Counted from the first letter of the stretch, positions 52,537 to 62,404 are shown. The stretch is 64,000 nucleotides of DNA from a phage (GCA_019326865.1 GCA_019326865.1_4101.1); one strand, 5' to 3'. Translations and numbers: made by a program. The notes: a model not told the origin generated them from the letters alone.

Positions 52537-52746
52537 ATGAATTCAGTAATCTTTTTAGTAGTCGCTCTTTCAATTCAATCCGGTGTACAAATTACCCCAA
52601 TGAACTCAATGAACCAATGTTTTTCAGTGCGTGACAGTACTTATGAACAAGTAAACCACATGTCACTTATGACAGTTAGTAAAGAAAGTATGTGGTGTTA
52701 CAATAGTAATACTAACACAAAGCTTATTGTAGGACAAAATCAATGA
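52537..52746 (+). CDS. small protein with signal-peptide-like N-terminus
   Basis: 69 aa; MNSVIFLVVALSIQSGVQ. Confidence 0.45.
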   Translation: MNSVIFLVVALSIQSGVQITPMNSMNQCFSVRDSTYEQVNHMSLMTVSKESMWCYNSNTNTKLIVGQNQ

Positions 52747-52973
52747 GTTATGGTGTTCGTTTTGAGATTCGTTCTATTATTATCAATGACGAGAAACAAG
52801 CATCGTTGGATGGAGATATACGAGAAAAATATCTATCATGTATCCGTGCAAAATCTGAAGCAGATGCATTAGCACAAATGTATAGTTTTAACTTTTTTCA
52901 TGGATACCATTTGGTACGAGTTATCGAAGTTACAAAAATAATTATAGATTGTAGCATGGAAGGATTAATGTAA
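52743..52973 (+). CDS. hypothetical small protein
   Basis: ORF 76 aa, ATGA overlap. Confidence 0.45.
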   Translation: MSYGVRFEIRSIIINDEKQASLDGDIREKYLSCIRAKSEADALAQMYSFNFFHGYHLVRVIEVTKIIIDCSMEGLM

Positions 52974-52974
52974 A

Positions 52975-53763
52975 ATGAGCACTATAGATGAACTGATTCG
53001 ACGGAATTCAAAATACTACAAACCATCAGAAATTGTAGGTAACATTACCAAATCAGAGTTTGGTCCAAATACTCGAAAACTAATTCATGTAATGTCACGT
53101 GATGGCTTTAAATGTGATTGTTGTGGTGCATCCAATGTGGTATTCACTTTGCATAAGCACAGTTCTAAAGACCGTTATAAATTCAGACCTTATGTACTTA
53201 AAGGGAAACGCCTTGTACGCATGACGTTAGACCATAATGTACTGGACTGTCTTCAGGGTGGTAATGATAAAGAGAACATGACTGCATTATGTGAAGATTG
53301 TAACGCATTACGCCAACATAAGTTTGCTGAGTACAGTGAGTTTAAACACTGGTATCATAATGCGGATCGTTCAATCGAGCCGAACGTTAACTACTGCTTC
53401 ATTGAGTACATTAAGAATGCTAAAGATACACATATTCTTAAATCTATGGAACCAATTACCGTGTTTCCAATGAACCTATTCACTACATTAAAGAATAGTT
53501 TTATGGTAGGTGATATTGATGCATTCAAGTATTTTGACAAAGGTGCAAAACATTTTGAAGTTCAATGTCTTAGTACTGCACTATGTGAACTTATTAAAAT
53601 TTACATAAAAGATTATTTGGGTATTGACAATGTACGCGTACCAGAGTATACTTTTTCTATTGATTTCGATTGTGAATCAATCAAAGAGTTTGGGATTCTT
53701 TTCAATAAACAAATAGAACTTGCAATTCAAAACGAAATCAAGTACTATAATACTAACATTTAA
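52975..53763 (+). CDS. HNH endonuclease
   Basis: 262 aa; CDCCG..(H)..TLDHNVLDCLQGGNDKENMTALCEDCNALRQH (HNH core with Cys pairs). Confidence 0.7.
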   Translation: MSTIDELIRRNSKYYKPSEIVGNITKSEFGPNTRKLIHVMSRDGFKCDCCGASNVVFTLHKHSSKDRYKFRPYVLKGKRLVRMTLDHNVLDCLQGGNDKENMTALCEDCNALRQHKFAEYSEFKHWYHNADRSIEPNVNYCFIEYIKNAKDTHILKSMEPITVFPMNLFTTLKNSFMVGDIDAFKYFDKGAKHFEVQCLSTALCELIKIYIKDYLGIDNVRVPEYTFSIDFDCESIKEFGILFNKQIELAIQNEIKYYNTNI

Positions 53764-53778
53764 TCAGAGGAAATTATT

Positions 53779-53961
53779 ATGCAAATCATCATTCTTATCG
53801 TAGGTATCATTCTTGGTGTATATGGTCACTCCTGGATGAACGAGAAGTTCCCTAATACCCGTCCTGAGTATTGCAGCACTAATGTATTTCAGAATGGTGA
53901 GAAACCAAAGGAAAGTATTGGTAAAAAGCTGGACAAAGTACTTGACGTAATCAATGAATAA
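53779..53961 (+). CDS. small membrane protein
   Basis: 60 aa; N-terminal hydrophobic helix. Confidence 0.4.
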   Translation: MQIIILIVGIILGVYGHSWMNEKFPNTRPEYCSTNVFQNGEKPKESIGKKLDKVLDVINE

Positions 53962-53970
53962 GGGTAAAGT

Positions 53971-54171
53971 ATGTTTAAATCAAATACCAATGTTGGTAAG
54001 AAGGTTCAATTACTTGAGGATGTATCCACCTTGAGTGGAATTTTCCCAAGAGGTCACATCATGACTATTATTGCCGAAACATACCGTGGGTGGGATTTGG
54101 AAGATGCTGATGGTAATCGCATCCTTGAGGCTGGATTCTATGGTCATCGTGAATATAAAATCATTGATTGA
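53971..54171 (+). CDS. hypothetical small protein
   Basis: ORF 66 aa. Confidence 0.45.
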   Translation: MFKSNTNVGKKVQLLEDVSTLSGIFPRGHIMTIIAETYRGWDLEDADGNRILEAGFYGHREYKIID

Positions 54172-54265
54172 GGATGCAAACGTGACTTTAGAGATTGTCT
54201 TTGGTATTGTTAGCTTAGTCGTCTGTGTGGGTTGGTTTGGATATATGATGATATTTGGTGACTAA
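54140..54265 (+). CDS. possible small hydrophobic peptide (41 aa)
   Basis: Internal ATG of ORF 54071..54265; hydrophobic C-terminus. Confidence 0.25.
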   Translation: MVIVNIKSLIEDANVTLEIVFGIVSLVVCVGWFGYMMIFGD

Positions 54266-54268
54266 TAC

Positions 54269-54296
54269 TTGACATAAGATATCAGTACTGTATAAT
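54269..54296 (+). promoter_or_regulatory. sigma70-like promoter (TTGACA-16-TATAAT) with ATCAGTACTG in spacer
   Basis: Same family as tRNA-region promoters. Confidence 0.5.
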
Positions 54297-54389
54297 GTTT
54301 ATATCAAAGGGAATGCAGTGAAAGGAAAGACAACATAATCGTACTCGTCACTGCGTTCCCACTCTTTTAAATTAATTAAGGAATTAACT

Positions 54390-54698
54390 ATGTTTCAAAC
54401 TAACACTCAAGGTTTTGTAATCATTGATTTGAATCAAAACAGCGGTAATTGGATGAAACCTACTGACGCATGTATGCAGTTTGATTTCTTAGGTTACAGA
54501 ATTAGTGTAAGTACTGGTGCTTCTGTACTGAGGGGTGGTTGTATCGTTGAACATCTGGTAACTGATCCAGAAGGTCGTGAGTATGAAATCGCAGGTTCAG
54601 TACAAGATGCCATTATGTTTGTATGTCAGCGTGAAATGAATGGTTCGAATTCAAATGCACTGACTCATGCTCTTTCTCAAGAAGTGGAGGTTCGTTAA
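54390..54698 (+). CDS. hypothetical protein
   Basis: ORF 102 aa. Confidence 0.5.
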   Translation: MFQTNTQGFVIIDLNQNSGNWMKPTDACMQFDFLGYRISVSTGASVLRGGCIVEHLVTDPEGREYEIAGSVQDAIMFVCQREMNGSNSNALTHALSQEVEVR

Positions 54699-54949
54699 TG
54701 AAATACATTGTAGCAGTACTCGTCGCATTTTTACTCACTGCATGTGATGCTTCAACCAAAGAACGCACAAGTGATTTTGAACTCCCTACTGAATTAAAAG
54801 AAGCAGGATGTAAGATTTATCGTATGCAACAGGAAGGTGCTGGTGCAACGTTGTATACAGTTTATTGTCCTAATGCAAACACCAGTACTGGATACACTAG
54901 CGGAAAAACACGAATCAACACTTCAGTGATTAATGGAGTACAACAATGA
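54698..54949 (+). CDS. putative lipoprotein
   Basis: 83 aa; signal + lipobox LLTAC. Confidence 0.5.
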   Translation: MKYIVAVLVAFLLTACDASTKERTSDFELPTELKEAGCKIYRMQQEGAGATLYTVYCPNANTSTGYTSGKTRINTSVINGVQQ

Positions 54950-55314
54950 GCCTTGATACAACCCGTGCAACAGATTTATTCACTCGTCTGAATGATGAAG
55001 AATATCTTGCTGAAATAAAGTACAAGCTTGAAAAACTGGCTCGAAGTGCTGAAGTAATTGAAGTTAAAGGTCATTTACCAATGGATCAATTCCATACGTT
55101 CAAAGAAGATATGGTTTATTATCCAAATGAAATTTGGATTGAGTGGGAACATTGGACTAACAAAACTCTACGCATTGAAGGTTATTGTGTGAATTATGAA
55201 TCTGAACCTGGTGATGTTACAAAAACTCTCTCCATTTGGTGTACAAAAACACATGAACTAGTTGAGGTGAATTTGAATTATATGAAAGGTTTCCGTTGGG
55301 GTGATATTCAATGA
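54946..55314 (+). CDS. hypothetical protein
   Basis: ORF 122 aa. Confidence 0.5.
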   Translation: MSLDTTRATDLFTRLNDEEYLAEIKYKLEKLARSAEVIEVKGHLPMDQFHTFKEDMVYYPNEIWIEWEHWTNKTLRIEGYCVNYESEPGDVTKTLSIWCTKTHELVEVNLNYMKGFRWGDIQ

Positions 55315-55586
55315 TTAAAAAACTATTGACAGTTGTCTTTGTATTCTGTACAATGTTTCTTACAGCATGTAATGATGACGGCAGGTTTAGTGCAAAAGAC
55401 TTAGTTCGTCAGGATTGTACATTCACAGGTAAGTCTTTTATTAACGAGTATGAGGTATGTACACAACCAGGCCGTATCTGTGGTGCTTGGGAAAAACGAC
55501 AGGAGCGATTGTATGTATATGAATGCCCTGGACATCTCAACAAAGTAATAAGTACTCACAAACTTGTTTATGATAAGGTTGAATAA
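55311..55586 (+). CDS. putative lipoprotein
   Basis: 91 aa; signal + lipobox FLTAC. Confidence 0.5.
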   Translation: MIKKLLTVVFVFCTMFLTACNDDGRFSAKDLVRQDCTFTGKSFINEYEVCTQPGRICGAWEKRQERLYVYECPGHLNKVISTHKLVYDKVE

Positions 55587-55801
55587 TGACTACAAATGAA
55601 ATGATGCAGGTTATTTGGGATAAAGGTTGTGATATTAAAATCACTAGTACTGATGTTCGTGTGTTCAAAACTGAATACCTAGAGTACTTGGACCTTGATA
55701 CTTATAATAATATTGTAGCAATTGAACACAAAGGTGCAGTACTTGAAACTATTGATGTAGTTCTGAAGAAAGCAACAGACCTATTAGGTTCGTCAGTGTG
55801 A
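55586..55801 (+). CDS. hypothetical small protein
   Basis: ORF 71 aa. Confidence 0.45.
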   Translation: MTTNEMMQVIWDKGCDIKITSTDVRVFKTEYLEYLDLDTYNNIVAIEHKGAVLETIDVVLKKATDLLGSSV

Positions 55802-55941
55802 ATAATAAAGAGTGGGAAGAATACCGAAAAAAATGCCGAGAGTTTGATAAAGAACTCACAGGTACAGTGAACGCGGTAATGTGGGTATCTGCAATTATTG
55901 CAGTACTTGGTTTGGGTGCTATTATTAATAAATTATTCTAA
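55798..55941 (+). CDS. possible small membrane protein (47 aa, GTG start)
   Basis: C-terminal hydrophobic helix; below ORF-track cutoff. Confidence 0.3.
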   Translation: MNNKEWEEYRKKCREFDKELTGTVNAVMWVSAIIAVLGLGAIINKLF

Positions 55942-55949
55942 GGACTAAT

Positions 55950-56150
55950 ATGTTTACTTTATATCTTGCAGTAGCACTAACTAATGGTGAAATCACTCGC
56001 ACCGTTGGTGAAGGTGTATATAATACACCTGAGCAGTGTTACTCTGCGACTCATTGGCCTAGTGATGCTGGTGATAACACTCGCACTGAATACAAATGTA
56101 TGAAGGTTAAAGGTGACTTTGTAAATCTAAAGATTATTGAGACTAAGTAA
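55950..56150 (+). CDS. hypothetical small protein
   Basis: ORF 66 aa. Confidence 0.45.
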   Translation: MFTLYLAVALTNGEITRTVGEGVYNTPEQCYSATHWPSDAGDNTRTEYKCMKVKGDFVNLKIIETK

Positions 56151-56668
56151 TGGATATTAATGAGTTGTTGAACTTATTGTTTAATCGTGAACTCCGCGAT
56201 ACAAGAACAATTGAATATCAAGATGTGATACGTATTGAAACTGATTTTTGTTATGGTAAAACAACTCATGATCTTTTGAATCCATCTGGAAAACGCTATG
56301 CTGATGTTTGTTTTTCTGAAAGAAGTGATGGTTCAGAAATAACAAGTACTGAAATTGTGTTTTATGATAGATCCTCGGCTGGTTCGTATGAAATAGAACT
56401 TATATATTGTCCTTGTTCAGAAACACACAATAAACGTCAGATATTATATGATGTTTATTCACCTCCAGGTATTGCTGAATATTTTGTTATTGATTACAGT
56501 ACTGAAGAAAGTGTGTTTCAACAGAGCTTGATTTATAACTTCCAGTTGAATGATCCATTAGTACCGAAGATTTTCAAACTACTTGACACAATCGATGTTG
56601 AATTTGAATTTGTTATGTGCATTAGAACTTCCTTATTCAATGAATTTGTGGAACTTTTTAATATATGA
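56150..56668 (+). CDS. EExFFQ-motif family protein
   Basis: 172 aa; TEESVFQQSLIYNF. Confidence 0.55.
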   Translation: MDINELLNLLFNRELRDTRTIEYQDVIRIETDFCYGKTTHDLLNPSGKRYADVCFSERSDGSEITSTEIVFYDRSSAGSYEIELIYCPCSETHNKRQILYDVYSPPGIAEYFVIDYSTEESVFQQSLIYNFQLNDPLVPKIFKLLDTIDVEFEFVMCIRTSLFNEFVELFNI

Positions 56669-56886
56669 ATAGATACTATGTTGTGTATGAACACGTTTCT
56701 GAATTTAATAACATACGAGGTTATTCCAGAGTTGTCACAAAGATGGATGTATTCATACGTGCTCTTAGTGAAGTAGAGGCACTGTTTAAATTGTTTGATG
56801 AAATTACAAAGTATAACACACTCAAAACACACCGCTATGTGGAAACTGTACATAGCATTATGCTAACTGAAAGTGAGGAGGAATGA
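56665..56886 (+). CDS. hypothetical small protein
   Basis: ORF 73 aa. Confidence 0.45.
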   Translation: MNRYYVVYEHVSEFNNIRGYSRVVTKMDVFIRALSEVEALFKLFDEITKYNTLKTHRYVETVHSIMLTESEEE

Positions 56887-56889
56887 TAA

Positions 56890-57108
56890 ATGAATTTATA
56901 TCTTGTTGAAGGATTGGTACAAGTCTATAAACCTGAAGGTGAAGGGCAACGTTTTTTGTATGTAGAAGATTTTAAGTATGTTGTAAAGGCATCTTGTCAA
57001 AGCGATGTTGAAATTCAAGTTCGAGAATCATTTCGTAATAAGAATGCAATTGGAAAATTCAAATATCAGCACTTACAATTCAAAGTATGGCCTAGCTTAA
57101 ATGACTAA
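56890..57108 (+). CDS. hypothetical small protein
   Basis: ORF 72 aa. Confidence 0.45.
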   Translation: MNLYLVEGLVQVYKPEGEGQRFLYVEDFKYVVKASCQSDVEIQVRESFRNKNAIGKFKYQHLQFKVWPSLND

Positions 57109-57316
57109 GATGTGGTGGTGTCATGGTGTCTATAACGTGTATGTAAATGGTCAATATAAAATGTCTAGTACCTATGCTAGACGTGTCCATGCGAACAATA
57201 AAGTTGATGCTGCATGTGAGATTATTGAGTGGTATGCTGAGTTCAATACATTTGATTATATGTACGAAATAGTTACAATAAATGTTGTACAAATTGACAC
57301 GTCTCTGATACAATAA
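57101..57316 (+). CDS. hypothetical small protein
   Basis: ORF 71 aa. Confidence 0.45.
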   Translation: MTKMWWCHGVYNVYVNGQYKMSSTYARRVHANNKVDAACEIIEWYAEFNTFDYMYEIVTINVVQIDTSLIQ

Positions 57317-57347
57317 CTACATCAAAAAAACTGCAACTGAGGATACT

Positions 57348-58010
57348 ATGTTAGTAAATCTTAATTTCATCACTTCTCCTGATTGGGCATTACGTGGTGT
57401 TTCTTTGAACTTTAAAGAAACTAATTTCGACTACATTGGGGATTGTACTTTAGTTAATGCTACATTTGATCCTCATCATCCTTTTTGGGCTAAGATTCAT
57501 GATCCTAATGTAAACAATAGTGTATCTGTTATGACTATTGTACAGACGAAATATCCTGGCATTCTCGCAGGTGACCATCCTAAAGTTGCAATTAATCATT
57601 TCACTGATTATGATGTAGTAGATGAGTATCCAATGATTCATGAAGATGGAAGTTTATACACATCTGAAGACGTTCGTGCTATCTTTAATAGTACTGATGA
57701 TATTCTACCAAGTGGACGAGCACGTCCTAAGTCTTATCTTATGCATTCATCTTATGGTGTAGCAGATACGCTTGAGCAGATTATGAAGAAGTACAAGAAC
57801 CTAATTGAAGGTCCAGAAGAAGTTGTCATGTGCTATCATCCAGTACTGAAGTCTGAGCAACCAAAGGATGGTGGTTGGCGTTGGCATAAGAATGGTGATT
57901 ATATCGGTACGAAACGAAGTAAAGAACGTTTTGAGTACTTGTATGATGAGCCAGATGTTGATGTGGTTTTGTGTTATAATTTTATTAAGGTGAAAAAGAA
58001 ATGTATCTAG
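57348..58010 (+). CDS. hypothetical protein
   Basis: ORF 220 aa. Confidence 0.55.
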   Translation: MLVNLNFITSPDWALRGVSLNFKETNFDYIGDCTLVNATFDPHHPFWAKIHDPNVNNSVSVMTIVQTKYPGILAGDHPKVAINHFTDYDVVDEYPMIHEDGSLYTSEDVRAIFNSTDDILPSGRARPKSYLMHSSYGVADTLEQIMKKYKNLIEGPEEVVMCYHPVLKSEQPKDGGWRWHKNGDYIGTKRSKERFEYLYDEPDVDVVLCYNFIKVKKKCI

Positions 58011-58243
58011 TACTAAGTTTTGTTGTTGCACTATTGTTTATGTTTTACCCTACACTGGTAGCACTAGCTACAAGACGAACAGTTGGCGATATCACAACAG
58101 TATTCTTGTTAAACGTGGTTCTGGCACTAGTGTCTATTATAATCCCAGTAAACCCCAATGTTATTGACATGGTAACAGTATTTCTCTTTGTATTCAGTTA
58201 TCTTATTCTTATCGATGAAAAACCTGTTGACAAACAATCTTAG
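58001..58243 (+). CDS. small membrane protein
   Basis: 80 aa; two hydrophobic helices. Confidence 0.45.
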   Translation: MYLVLSFVVALLFMFYPTLVALATRRTVGDITTVFLLNVVLALVSIIIPVNPNVIDMVTVFLFVFSYLILIDEKPVDKQS

Positions 58244-58254
58244 TGCTGTATAAT
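58227..58254 (+). promoter_or_regulatory. sigma70-like promoter (TTGACA-16-TATAAT)
   Basis: Spacer contains TAGTGCTG; overlaps 3' end of ORF 58001. Confidence 0.45.
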
Positions 58255-58295
58255 AGTTCTTGAAATGTAAAAACTTAAATATGAGGGTATAAAAT

Positions 58296-58616
58296 ATGTT
58301 ATCAGTATTGTTTTCAATTCCATCTTTAATTCTAATTTGGATTATTGTGTATGAATGTTTTATTGTAGATGATACGGAGAAAAAAGAATTCAATGAGTTA
58401 TTCATGCTTGATACGCCAGTTGTCCGCATTTTCTATTCTGTAGTTATCGTTTCAGTACTTGCATGGATTGTAAGTTTTATCTTTCCAATGGGTATGATCA
58501 TTAATGTGTTGAATTTGGTTGAAAACACTATTGCTATTCTATGGCTAATTAAAGCGTGGTATTCAGGAAATGTTAATATTTGGATTGATATTATTAAATC
58601 TAAATTTACAAAATAA
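58296..58616 (+). CDS. integral membrane protein
   Basis: 106 aa; 3 hydrophobic helices. Confidence 0.5.
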   Translation: MLSVLFSIPSLILIWIIVYECFIVDDTEKKEFNELFMLDTPVVRIFYSVVIVSVLAWIVSFIFPMGMIINVLNLVENTIAILWLIKAWYSGNVNIWIDIIKSKFTK

Positions 58617-58656
58617 GATGTAACAAGTAATAGTGAAACAACCTAGTTATTATTAA

Positions 58657-58694
58657 ATACTTCTGTACATACATATAGTACAGAAGTATTTCTT
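58657..58694 (+). terminator. hairpin plus T-rich tract
   Basis: ATACTTCTGTAC (9-nt loop) GTACAGAAGTAT followed by TTCTT. Confidence 0.5.
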
Positions 58695-58708
58695 AGTAGA
58701 GGTTTGTT

Positions 58709-59068
58709 ATGAATACTTATATAAAATTAATAGCACTTACTTGCTTGTTATTGTCTTTTTTTAGTTACGGTTCGTCATCTGAAACACAATGTCGTAGTAC
58801 TAATGGAACGATGTATTCATTAACTAACGATCCCGGAAATGGTAAAAATATTGTTATCAATGGTGAAACTTATCGTTTTAAAGTGCAAAGCATTATTGGT
58901 AATAAAAAGATAACGACTTATATTAATGATTCTGGGACACTTGCAAATGTTATATTAATTGTTAATCCAAAAACAGGTAGTGGTGATATCTATATAGTAA
59001 TTTATTTAGATTCAGCACAACAACGAGAATTAGATATAGATGAATTAAATCTTCATTGCAAAATATAG
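58709..59068 (+). CDS. secreted protein (signal peptide)
   Basis: 119 aa; N-terminal hydrophobic signal-like segment. Confidence 0.5.
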   Translation: MNTYIKLIALTCLLLSFFSYGSSSETQCRSTNGTMYSLTNDPGNGKNIVINGETYRFKVQSIIGNKKITTYINDSGTLANVILIVNPKTGSGDIYIVIYLDSAQQRELDIDELNLHCKI

Positions 59069-59078
59069 GGTATAAAAT

Positions 59079-59456
59079 ATGATAGATTCTATGGTAATTG
59101 GGTTGATAAGTATTCCATTTATTTTGTCTTTTATAATTTCCATATGCATGATTGTGTATTTTATATTTGCTGGAATGTATTTTGTTTTAACAAACAAGTA
59201 TATTTTCATTTCTAAGCTTGATTCAATATTTGCATGTGAAACTTTAGCTTACAACTTATGGATAATCTGCTCTAGTATTATGGGATTGACTTACCTTTTA
59301 TATAAATTTGATTTTATTAATGCAAATATTGTATATATTAGTGCTGGATTAGCATTATATCCTGCTACATGGTACTTGATTTATGTTGTGGACATATGGT
59401 ATAGTACTTACAAAGAATACCAGTGTAAAAAATCATCAAAAGTTGAGGGGAAATGA
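59079..59456 (+). CDS. integral membrane protein
   Basis: 125 aa; multiple hydrophobic helices. Confidence 0.5.
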   Translation: MIDSMVIGLISIPFILSFIISICMIVYFIFAGMYFVLTNKYIFISKLDSIFACETLAYNLWIICSSIMGLTYLLYKFDFINANIVYISAGLALYPATWYLIYVVDIWYSTYKEYQCKKSSKVEGK

Positions 59457-59809
59457 TTATGAAAATTATCTTGTTTTTTGTATCTATGTTATTATGCGGA
59501 TTTGTATATGCTGAACCACTCGAAGGCTTAGTTTGCACTGACGGACAAATCAAACATATCTATCAAGGTGATAGTTATGATCATGATATTGTTTATATTG
59601 ATGGTCAACAATATAACTTTGTTAAAGAGCATACTATTGGCGACATTAGCTTCAATGAGTTTTCAAACGATGAAGACCCTAACGCATTGGCATTTATGGA
59701 AGTTGATTTGTATGAAGATAGTAATGGTACACAATATGCTAAACTTGTTATGATGCGTCGTGGTGCTAAAGAAACAAGTTTCGGTGGTTTATGTAAATAT
59801 AAGGATTAA
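59453..59809 (+). CDS. secreted protein (signal peptide)
   Basis: 118 aa; MIMKIILFFVSMLLCGFVYA signal-like. Confidence 0.5.
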   Translation: MIMKIILFFVSMLLCGFVYAEPLEGLVCTDGQIKHIYQGDSYDHDIVYIDGQQYNFVKEHTIGDISFNEFSNDEDPNALAFMEVDLYEDSNGTQYAKLVMMRRGAKETSFGGLCKYKD

Positions 59810-59814
59810 TTATT

Positions 59815-60006
59815 ATGCTGATTTATCAATGTGATAATATTCGTGTTCTACAACATCCTTATCTTCAAATCTTTCATGTTCAGATGTTTATGGAAGGTGA
59901 TAATCCGAGAACTTATGAACGCACATATGATTATTTCACGGTCAAAGAGTGCGACAACATCGATGAAGTACGACGATTAGTACATGAACTCCAAAACAAA
60001 GGTTGA
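59815..60006 (+). CDS. hypothetical small protein
   Basis: ORF 63 aa. Confidence 0.45.
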   Translation: MLIYQCDNIRVLQHPYLQIFHVQMFMEGDNPRTYERTYDYFTVKECDNIDEVRRLVHELQNKG

Positions 60007-60025
60007 CTTCGGTCAGCCTTTTTTG
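60001..60025 (+). terminator. rho-independent terminator (GGTTGAC ttcg GTCAGCC + T6)
   Basis: Member of 3-copy UUCG-loop terminator family. Confidence 0.7.
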
Positions 60026-60060
60026 TTATAATTATTTTATATTCTAATGGAGTTTAAATT

Positions 60061-60501
60061 ATGTTAGTATATCGTTTTGAACTTAAATTTAGTTACATTG
60101 AACCTTATTTGAAACCAGCAACAAATGTTGGTCCATTTGCACGGTATTCTTCAAAATACAGTACTAAAAATGGTTTTGACCGTTTGTATATGTCTACGCC
60201 TACTCAGTTCCAACCTGAACCAACTGATGATGGAATCTATTCAATCAAATATGGATGGGCATTTGGCTGTCAAAGTTTGAATGATTTGTTTCGGTTCTTT
60301 ACTATGGACTTGGGTAAATTACATCGTGCTGGGTTTGCTATTTCCGTATATGACGTACCTGATAATCATGTGGATATTGGTCGTAATCAGGTTCAGTACT
60401 ATTGCGGTAGTGCAATATTGGTTCGTATCATGTCAGTTAAGGATGCAAAGGTGGAGTACCGTCAAAGTAAAAGAGTAATACATGAGGTTCTATATGGATA
60501 A
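60061..60501 (+). CDS. hypothetical protein
   Basis: ORF 146 aa. Confidence 0.5.
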   Translation: MLVYRFELKFSYIEPYLKPATNVGPFARYSSKYSTKNGFDRLYMSTPTQFQPEPTDDGIYSIKYGWAFGCQSLNDLFRFFTMDLGKLHRAGFAISVYDVPDNHVDIGRNQVQYYCGSAILVRIMSVKDAKVEYRQSKRVIHEVLYG

Positions 60502-60838
60502 GACACAAATAGAATTGAAAAAATTTGTATCATTCTATCTACCAAATGATCCACGTAATTCACAAAAAGATTTTGAATATTATAATATCCTAAGTAAACA
60601 GTTAATGAGAAAGTTTCAACAGTGTTTAAGTATATTCAATACCGATGGTAGACGTAGATACCGAATCATTTCAATGAATGATGAAAACGCAAACTACTTT
60701 GATTATGATGTTGTTTTTAGAGCATATAATGATGACCGAATTAAATTAAATTATGAACAAATAATATTTGATCTAAGTGCTATATCTGTTATAATTACTC
60801 ACATCGCCGAGATTAATGGTTTTAAAGAGTGGTATTGA
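60482..60838 (+). CDS. hypothetical protein
   Basis: ORF 118 aa. Confidence 0.5.
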   Translation: MRFYMDKTQIELKKFVSFYLPNDPRNSQKDFEYYNILSKQLMRKFQQCLSIFNTDGRRRYRIISMNDENANYFDYDVVFRAYNDDRIKLNYEQIIFDLSAISVIITHIAEINGFKEWY

Positions 60839-60852
60839 ATAGAGGACAATAT

Positions 60853-61119
60853 ATGAAGCTTAAATTGCAATATAATGGATTTACTTTACGTAATGATACT
60901 GAGTTTGTCAATCGTTCACCTGGTGCTGAACTTTTTTTGCGAGAGATGAACATTCCTTTCATTATCACTACTGTAGGGGATCGTGAAGTTTTACAATACG
61001 CAGAGCATCCTATTATTGATGTTCCTTGGTACTCTGAACATATGTACATGGATATGGCACGTCGCTACAACTGTAAGTTCATAGTAGAAGGTGATAAAAT
61101 TACAGTACAATTTAAATGA
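60853..61119 (+). CDS. hypothetical small protein
   Basis: Start ATG 60853 after AGAGGA; 88 aa. Confidence 0.45.
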   Translation: MKLKLQYNGFTLRNDTEFVNRSPGAELFLREMNIPFIITTVGDREVLQYAEHPIIDVPWYSEHMYMDMARRYNCKFIVEGDKITVQFK

Positions 61120-61260
61120 TGTGAATTGAAATGAACATTTAATCATCATTGCAAATGTAGAAATGGTGTACATGAAGTATAATATAAAAAGGGAAATCAT
61201 ATATGGCTTCCCCTTTTTCTTATTACGTACAATTAAGTACATATATTAATTGAGGAAATT

Positions 61261-61833
61261 ATGAATCGTAAAGGTCGTTTTAAGGTATCAAAGAAGAATA
61301 AGAGTTCTAGGTTTAAACCTATAGTGTTAACAGTTAAAGCTAAAGAAAAATTAACTGCACTTAGTAAAAAGATCATTTCATCTAAGATCAAAATATCATA
61401 TATAAATTCAGTAAAATATCAAAATGTCAAACCACGAGATCAACTTATTTCACTTATATTTAAACGTAATGATTTTGAGATATCAGTAGATGATTATAGA
61501 GCCTATAATGCTAGTTTCATTAATGTTACTTGTACTACAGAACTAACTGAATTAGAACATTTGTCATGTATAGTAAATCTCGATAAAGGTGTAGTGAAAT
61601 ACCACTTTGTACATTTTACTAATATTAATGATGGAACGGGTGTACAATCCAGAACTATAGTACCTACATGCGATGTGACTAAATTATCAAAGCTCAATGA
61701 TGAAGAATACTTTCAAGAAAGCATCGTAACTGAACATTTAGATAATATAATAGCTACTTACAAAGAATGTATATGGGTTTTGAATGCTATCAAGCCTAAA
61801 TTGTGTTTAATGAATATTGTTCGTGATTTATGA
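61261..61833 (+). CDS. EExFFQ-motif family protein
   Basis: 190 aa; NDEEYFQESIVTEHLDNI. Confidence 0.55.
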   Translation: MNRKGRFKVSKKNKSSRFKPIVLTVKAKEKLTALSKKIISSKIKISYINSVKYQNVKPRDQLISLIFKRNDFEISVDDYRAYNASFINVTCTTELTELEHLSCIVNLDKGVVKYHFVHFTNINDGTGVQSRTIVPTCDVTKLSKLNDEEYFQESIVTEHLDNIIATYKECIWVLNAIKPKLCLMNIVRDL

Positions 61834-61846
61834 ATGGGGAATTAAA

Positions 61847-62290
61847 ATGGGTTGGGTAAATGTAAATGCTATTGAACTTAACGAACAAGATATTTTTGCA
61901 TTTGTGAATTTGACCAATAATACAGTACTGAAAGGGCGTTTGTTCAGTGCGAGTGATGGATATAAATGGATCTCGTTGATGGATGATTGTGGTGTGATTT
62001 ATAATGTAATGCAATTGCCACAATGGGTATATAGTAATACTTCTGACGATGTTCTTGCCGCTGTTATGCGTGAGTTTGAAAAACTACCAGGTGGTGATAT
62101 GAAAAACAAAATTTTTAATGCAGAACGTCATAATTATACAGCACAGCAATTGGAATCACTTGCCATTGCTGCATATCAAGCTGCTATTAAGAAGCCAGAG
62201 TGTGTTATTCTTAAGTACGTCCCAGACTTAAAACTCACGTTGGAAGATATGGACGCATTCATTTTTACATCTGAACTGGACCAGTACTGA
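61847..62290 (+). CDS. hypothetical protein
   Basis: Start ATG 61847 after GGGGA; 147 aa. Confidence 0.5.
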   Translation: MGWVNVNAIELNEQDIFAFVNLTNNTVLKGRLFSASDGYKWISLMDDCGVIYNVMQLPQWVYSNTSDDVLAAVMREFEKLPGGDMKNKIFNAERHNYTAQQLESLAIAAYQAAIKKPECVILKYVPDLKLTLEDMDAFIFTSELDQY

Positions 62291-62404
62291 TTTAACTTTG
62301 GGACAAACTTTTCTATAATGATATAATTTCCTTGTCAGATTATTTAAATGACATGTTGAAGTATAAATATTATTGTAACGTTATCTCTTATAGGAGTTAT
62401 AAAA

